This document shows positions 59,674-64,000 of a stretch of DNA of 64,000 nucleotides, in pieces (the first letter of the stretch is position 1; every line of letters starts with the position of its first letter). The translations under genes were made by a program, and so were the position numbers. Below the pieces are notes generated by a model. That model made no database searches. It saw only the letters and a list, made by a program, of their open reading frames with translations, and was not told the DNA's origin. The stretch covers positions 505,199-569,198 of the forward strand of contig CP000875.1 of assembly GCA_000018565.1 (NCBI GenBank). The letters run 5' to 3'. This stretch comes from Herpetosiphon aurantiacus DSM 785 (GTDB lineage Bacteria > Chloroflexota > Chloroflexia > Chloroflexales > Herpetosiphonaceae).

Positions 59674-60979
59674 CGCGTAGCTCCGCTGGAATATTGGCTG
59701 GATCGTTAATATTGTCAGGAACGCTGCCACCACTGCTCTCAGGATTTCCGCCGCCAGTACCTTCACCACCTGGCAGAGTGATTGAGATATCGCCGCCAGT
59801 GCCAGCGGTGGTTTCGCCAGTTGGTGGGGCTTCAGGCAAATCGAGATCAGGGCCAAGTGGATCAGCGGGGGGCGATGAACGACTGCCAGTAGCTGAATTA
59901 TTGCCAGCACCATTATTATTGGGCTGGCCAGTTTCAGGTTGTCCAGTCTGGCCTTGTTGCTGGTCGCTGCCTGCCTGAGGATCGTTGCTGGTTTGGCCTT
60001 GTTGCTGGTCTCCATTGCCAAAATCGGCTTGAGCATTATCAAGTTGATCAGTTAGTTGGGCCAAATCTTCGAGTGCATCGGCAGCATTTTGAGGATTCCC
60101 ACGCAATTGGTCGGCATTGTTGCGCAAACGCTCGGCCACTTCAGGCTGATCTTGCAACTGCTCGGCAGCTTGCTCAAGCCCATCGGCTATTTCGTTGCGG
60201 GTTTGGGGCGATAACTGATCGGCTTGATCGGCTAGCTTGGCCAGCTCCTCGCTGGCTTGTTGCACATCGCCACGGCGTAGCGCATCGGCGGCAGCGCGGG
60301 TTGCGCCATTATCGCTCAAGCCATCGGCTAAAGCATCGGCTATTTCTTGGCCTTCGGGGCCAAGCTCGGGCTGTTGATCAGGTTGGCTGCCAACTGGCTG
60401 ATTGGGATCGGCAGCTGGATCTTGCTCGGCGGCAGGCTGCTGGGGTGGCTCGGTGGTCGCCAAACTTGCCAATTCGCTCAATGGCTCGGTGGTGGCAGCG
60501 GGCAAACCGGCGTTGATTTGACCAAGCACAAACAGTCCAGTTGCCAACAGCGCGGCTAAGCCTAAACTTTGCCATTCAAGCGCAATTGGGGCAAGCACAC
60601 GGCTGGTTGCATCGCGGGCGACACTGGGCAAACGTCGATTCGCCCGTTCAAGATTGACAGCATGAAAACCATCACGCTGATTTTGAAACTCGCTGGCAGT
60701 GCTCAGTTGGGCATTTAATTGATATTGTTGATCAAGTAATTGTGCTAAGTGAGCAGGTGAGAGAATCGACTTCCAAGCATAAACCACGCCCAACGCTGCA
60801 ACGAGAATCACGATTAAACTTAGAATTGGCCATGAAAGCGGCCAAGCTAGCCAGTTTCGGCCAATTAAGCCAAGGCACAGCACGCCAAGCGTCATCCATG
60901 CGGCGCGAATCAGCAGGCGCTGGCGGTGATAGCGCTGGAGTTCTGTATGTAATTCAGTCAGTTGTTGATTAATATTCAT
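59645..60979 (-). CDS. Membrane protein with 3-4 N-terminal TM helices and a long acidic Gln/Asp/Ala/Gly-rich low-complexity C-terminal region, co-transcribed with the DUF58 gene
   Basis: 29-bp overlap with the DUF58 start. Composition. Confidence 0.6.
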   Translation of the reverse strand: MNINQQLTELHTELQRYHRQRLLIRAAWMTLGVLCLGLIGRNWLAWPLSWPILSLIVILVAALGVVYAWKSILSPAHLAQLLDQQYQLNAQLSTASEFQNQRDGFHAVNLERANRRLPSVARDATSRVLAPIALEWQSLGLAALLATGLFVLGQINAGLPAATTEPLSELASLATTEPPQQPAAEQDPAADPNQPVGSQPDQQPELGPEGQEIADALADGLSDNGATRAAADALRRGDVQQASEELAKLADQADQLSPQTRNEIADGLEQAAEQLQDQPEVAERLRNNADQLRGNPQNAADALEDLAQLTDQLDNAQADFGNGDQQQGQTSNDPQAGSDQQQGQTGQPETGQPNNNGAGNNSATGSRSSPPADPLGPDLDLPEAPPTGETTAGTGGDISITLPGGEGTGGGNPESSGGSVPDNINDPANIPAELRDAIQDYFGR

Positions 60980-61139
60980 TGTGTGCTCCTAGCCTTGGCA
61001 CGCTGGTGAATAGCTGCATGCGCTGAAGCGTGGGAAGTGCAACCAATCAATTGCTTTTAGGAGTGTACCATAGAATGACAATGGATCGGCCTCTGCTATA
61101 ATTGACAGTTGGAACTGATACACCACCGCAGGAGGATTT

Positions 61140-63143
61140 GTGACTCAAGCACATACACTCGATGAACGGGCCATCAATACAATCCGCATGTTGTCGGTTG
61201 ATGGTGTGCAAGCGGCTAATTCGGGCCACCCAGGTTTACCAATGGGGGCAGCGGCCATGGCTTATGTGCTCTGGACGCGCCACCTCAAACATAATCCGGC
61301 TAATCCAGATTGGGCTGATCGCGACCGCTTTGTGCTGTCGGCGGGCCATGGCTCAATGCTGTTGTATAGTTTGTTGCATCTCACGGGCTATGATCTTTCG
61401 CTCGATGATTTGAAGAATTTCCGCCAATGGCATAGTAAAACCGCTGGTCACCCAGAATATGGTTATGCCGCCGGCATCGAAACCACAACTGGGCCACTTG
61501 GCCAAGGATTTGCCACGGGCGTGGGTATGGCGATTGCTGCCCGTCACTTAGCAGGCACGTTCAATCAGCCTGAACTCGAAATCGTCAAGCATCATATTTA
61601 TGCGATTGTCTCCGATGGCGATTTGGAAGAGGGGATTAGCGCCGAAGCTGCTTCGTTGGCAGGTCACCTCAAATTGGGCGAACTTATCTATCTGTATGAT
61701 GATAACGAAATTTCGATTGAAGGCGATACCTCAATTGCCTTTACCGAAGATGTGCCAGCCCGTTTCCGCGCCTATGGCTGGCATGTCCAAGAGATCGACG
61801 GGCTTGATCCTGAGCAAGTTGATGCAGCCTTGCATGCTGCCAAAGCGGTGACCGATCAGCCATCGTTGATTGTGGCTCACACCGTGATTGGCTTTGGCTC
61901 GCCCAATCGGGCTGGCACGGCCAAAGCTCACGGCTCGCCGCTCGGCCCCGATGAAGTTAAATTGACCAAGGAAGCGCTTGGTTGGCCGCTCGAACCAACC
62001 TTCTACATTCCTGAAGAAGTCTTGGCCCACTTCCGCCAAGCCTTGGATCATGGTGCGGCGGCAGAGCAAGCCTGGAACGAATTGCTCGAACGCTACACGG
62101 CGGCGCATCCTGAAAAAGCTGCTGATTTCAAGCAACGCATGTCGGGTGAATTGCCAGCAGGTTGGGATAGTACCTTGCCAGTTTGGCCAGCTGATGCCAA
62201 AGGCGTGGCAACCCGCAAATCATCAGAAACTGCCTTGAATGCCTTGGCCGAGCAAATTCCAGCGCTCATTGGCGGCTCAGCTGATTTGGCCGAATCGACC
62301 TTTACCTTGATCGAGCATGCTCAATCGTTCCAAGCCGATACGCCGCAAGGCCGCAATATGCACTGGGGGATTCGTGAGCATGCTATGGTTGCTGCCGTCA
62401 ACGGGATGGCGTTGCATGGCGGCACGATTCCTTACGGCGCAACCTTCTTGGTTTTCAGCGATTATTGCCGTGCCTCGATTCGCTTGGCAGCCTTGATGGG
62501 CATTCGCACGATTCAAGTCTTTACTCACGATAGCATTGGGGTTGGCGAAGACGGCCCAACCCACCAACCAATCGAACACATTCCATCGTTGCGGATTATC
62601 CCCAATTTGAATGTGATGCGGCCTGGTGATGCCAACGAAACCAGCCAAGCTTGGCGCGTAGCAGTCAGCCATAAAGGCCCAACCTTGCTGGCCTTGACCC
62701 GCCAAAACTTACCAACGCTTGATCGCACCCGCTATGCCTCGGCTGAGGGTGTGGCTCAAGGTGGCTATGTCTTGGCTGATAGCGCTGGTCAACCAGAATT
62801 AATCATCATTGCAACTGGCTCGGAATTGCAACATGCCGTGGCGGCCTACGAGCAATTGAGTGGCGAAGGAGTCAAGGTACGGGTGGTCAGTATGCCATCA
62901 ACCTTGCTGTTCGACGCTCAGTCAGTGGAATATCGCGAGAGCGTACTGCCCAAGGCTGTGACCAAACGGATTGCGATTGAAGCTGCGCATCCCGTGACCT
63001 GGTATAAATATGTTGGGACTGAGGGCGATATTATTGGGATTGATCACTTCGGTGCTTCAGCGCCAATTAATATTTTGATGAAGGAATTTGGCTTTACCGC
63101 CGAAAACCTGATTGCTCGTGCCAAGGCCTTGTTGGCCAAATAA
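61140..63143 (+). CDS. tkt: Transketolase
   Basis: TPP-binding region [10 protein letters not shown]...[10 protein letters not shown], and the full 667-aa architecture. GTG start after RBS aggagg. Confidence 0.95.
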   Translation: MTQAHTLDERAINTIRMLSVDGVQAANSGHPGLPMGAAAMAYVLWTRHLKHNPANPDWADRDRFVLSAGHGSMLLYSLLHLTGYDLSLDDLKNFRQWHSKTAGHPEYGYAAGIETTTGPLGQGFATGVGMAIAARHLAGTFNQPELEIVKHHIYAIVSDGDLEEGISAEAASLAGHLKLGELIYLYDDNEISIEGDTSIAFTEDVPARFRAYGWHVQEIDGLDPEQVDAALHAAKAVTDQPSLIVAHTVIGFGSPNRAGTAKAHGSPLGPDEVKLTKEALGWPLEPTFYIPEEVLAHFRQALDHGAAAEQAWNELLERYTAAHPEKAADFKQRMSGELPAGWDSTLPVWPADAKGVATRKSSETALNALAEQIPALIGGSADLAESTFTLIEHAQSFQADTPQGRNMHWGIREHAMVAAVNGMALHGGTIPYGATFLVFSDYCRASIRLAALMGIRTIQVFTHDSIGVGEDGPTHQPIEHIPSLRIIPNLNVMRPGDANETSQAWRVAVSHKGPTLLALTRQNLPTLDRTRYASAEGVAQGGYVLADSAGQPELIIIATGSELQHAVAAYEQLSGEGVKVRVVSMPSTLLFDAQSVEYRESVLPKAVTKRIAIEAAHPVTWYKYVGTEGDIIGIDHFGASAPINILMKEFGFTAENLIARAKALLAK

Positions 63144-63215
63144 TTAATCGATCGATCAAACGGATAACGCGAAGGACGAGTTGCTCGTGCTTCGCGTTAT
63201 GCTGTGGAAAGGCAA

Positions 63216-63665
63216 ATGATTATGAAAATTGCGGTCGGAACCGATCATGGTGGTTTGATTTTGAAGCAAGCAGTAATTGAAGAAGTGCAACGGCTGGGCC
63301 ATGAAGTGCTCGATTTTGGCACCGATTCGCCTGCTTCGGTCGATTATCCCGATTTTGCTGCGGCTGTGGGTAATGCTGTAGTAAGTGGCCAAGCTGAACG
63401 TGGCATTGCGATTTGCGGTAGTGGCGTTGGCGTGACGGTCGCCGCCAATAAAATTAAAGGGGTGCGAGCCTGTTTGTGCCACGACACCTATTCGGCGCAT
63501 CAAGGGGTTGAGCACGACGATCTGAATGTATTGTGTTTGGGCGGGCGGGTGATTGGCCCAGCCTTGGCTGGCGAAATTGTCCAAGCATTTTTGAGCGCAA
63601 CGTTTCACAATGAAGCTCGCTTTACTCGGCGCTTGGATAAAGTGATTGCCTTAGAAAACCAATAA
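63216..63665 (+). CDS. rpiB: Ribose-5-phosphate isomerase B (RpiB/LacAB family)
   Basis: [11 protein letters not shown], and CGSGVG containing the catalytic Cys. Confidence 0.9.
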   Translation: MIMKIAVGTDHGGLILKQAVIEEVQRLGHEVLDFGTDSPASVDYPDFAAAVGNAVVSGQAERGIAICGSGVGVTVAANKIKGVRACLCHDTYSAHQGVEHDDLNVLCLGGRVIGPALAGEIVQAFLSATFHNEARFTRRLDKVIALENQ

Positions 63666-63675
63666 ATTACGGCTA

Positions 63676-63712
63676 AAACAAAGCCCCGTGCTTATTACAA
63701 GCACGGGGCTTT
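63676..63712. terminator. Bidirectional rho-independent terminator (aaagccccgtgctt-atta-caagcacggggcttttg)
   Basis: 13-bp perfect stem. A-run upstream and T-run downstream. Confidence 0.8.
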
Positions 63713-63730
63713 TGAATTTAGGTGATTAGT

Positions 63731-64000
63731 TTAGTTCTTGGTGATTGCTGGCAAGAAGACCAACGATGGGCCTTCTGGCTCAGCTTCGGCAACACAAGCC
63801 TTAACACTGACGTTATCGATCTTCCAGCCATCAGGGCGGCCAACCGAATCGTCGGATGCAAGGCGGAAGCGGAACATCACGCTTTGGCCGTTGTAAGCAT
63901 TCAAATCAACCACGCTCTTCAACCAATCTTGGGGGTCTCCACACCAAGCTTGGCTACCATTGAGTGGGTTGGTTGATGCATTAATTGCACCGTTATACGG
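63731..64000 (-). CDS. 3' end of a secreted-protein gene that continues beyond the window; its C-terminal domain resembles the C-terminus of the M4 protease
   Basis: ...GQSVMFRFRLASDDSVGRPDGWKIDNVSV resembles ...GEHVLRFDSVNNSTANIVRFSIDDISF at the end of 4463..7516. Confidence 0.5.
   Translation of the reverse strand, partial: PYNGAINASTNPLNGSQAWCGDPQDWLKSVVDLNAYNGQSVMFRFRLASDDSVGRPDGWKIDNVSVKACVAEAEPEGPSLVFLPAITKN

Noticed and set aside
59674-60042. 123-codon N-terminal extension of the DUF58 ORF
   Set aside because: It overlaps the upstream acidic-protein gene in another frame. The conserved DUF58 region starts near MRFKTTSG.
1-64000. tRNA, rRNA and CRISPR scan
   Set aside because: No T-loop-like GGTTCGAATCC or cloverleaf candidates, no rRNA-like conserved stretches, and no regularly spaced direct repeats with unique spacers were seen.

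Overview
Bacterial chromosomal window (about 50% GC, dense coding, Chloroflexota/Herpetosiphon-like by repeat style; the organism is a guess). Recognisable content, left to right:
- 4..1520: a secreted beta-propeller-like gene that looks broken.
- 1764..4370: an ABC transporter cassette (GTG-start ATPase plus two ABC-2 permeases), flanked by about 125-bp direct repeats at 1521 and 4413.
- 4463..7516 (-): a large secreted M4 (thermolysin-like) zinc protease.
- 7827..13511: a canonical heat-shock locus with promoter, perfect CIRCE operator, hrcA, grpE, dnaK, dnaJ, then a zinc-ribbon/RGG-like small protein.
- 13942..22337: a substrate-binding protein plus hybrid histidine kinase, a HAD hydrolase, an aldo/keto reductase, an OmpR-type two-component pair and a secreted hypothetical protein.
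- 22334..28733: OsmC, a GAF-STAS protein, and on the minus strand murJ, a PIG-L deacetylase, lipB and a Cys-rich small protein, then a methyltransferase.
- 28734..30606: a low-GC island (about 480 bp of AT-rich DNA plus two secreted/lipoprotein genes).
- 30607..33979 (-): a LacI - MATE - APH-like phosphotransferase operon.
- 34306..36483: two tandem paralogous hypothetical genes, the second cut short by an in-frame stop.
- 36519..40412: a putative HExxH membrane protein, lgt, a protein with an extraordinarily Cys-rich tail, and DoxX.
- 40713..44390 (-): an FTR1 iron permease fused to a large periplasmic domain, with a partner lipoprotein.
- 44789..53643: CNNM/CorC, GNAT, a small lipoprotein, then the conserved nusA-ylxR-infB-rbfA-nrnA-truB operon.
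- 54574..58771: a four-gene signalling module (Zn-ribbon membrane protein, TerY-like vWA, PP2C phosphatase, atypical Ser/Thr kinase).
- 58768..60979 (-): a convergent orphan DUF58 (vWA-fold) gene plus an acidic membrane protein.
- 61140..64000: tkt, rpiB and a partial secreted-protein gene on the minus strand.
The intergenic regions carry three short repeat families (G-rich palindromic elements, TTCGTG 9-mer triplets, AAARTCA heptamer arrays). I found no tRNA, rRNA, CRISPR array, transposase or integrase.
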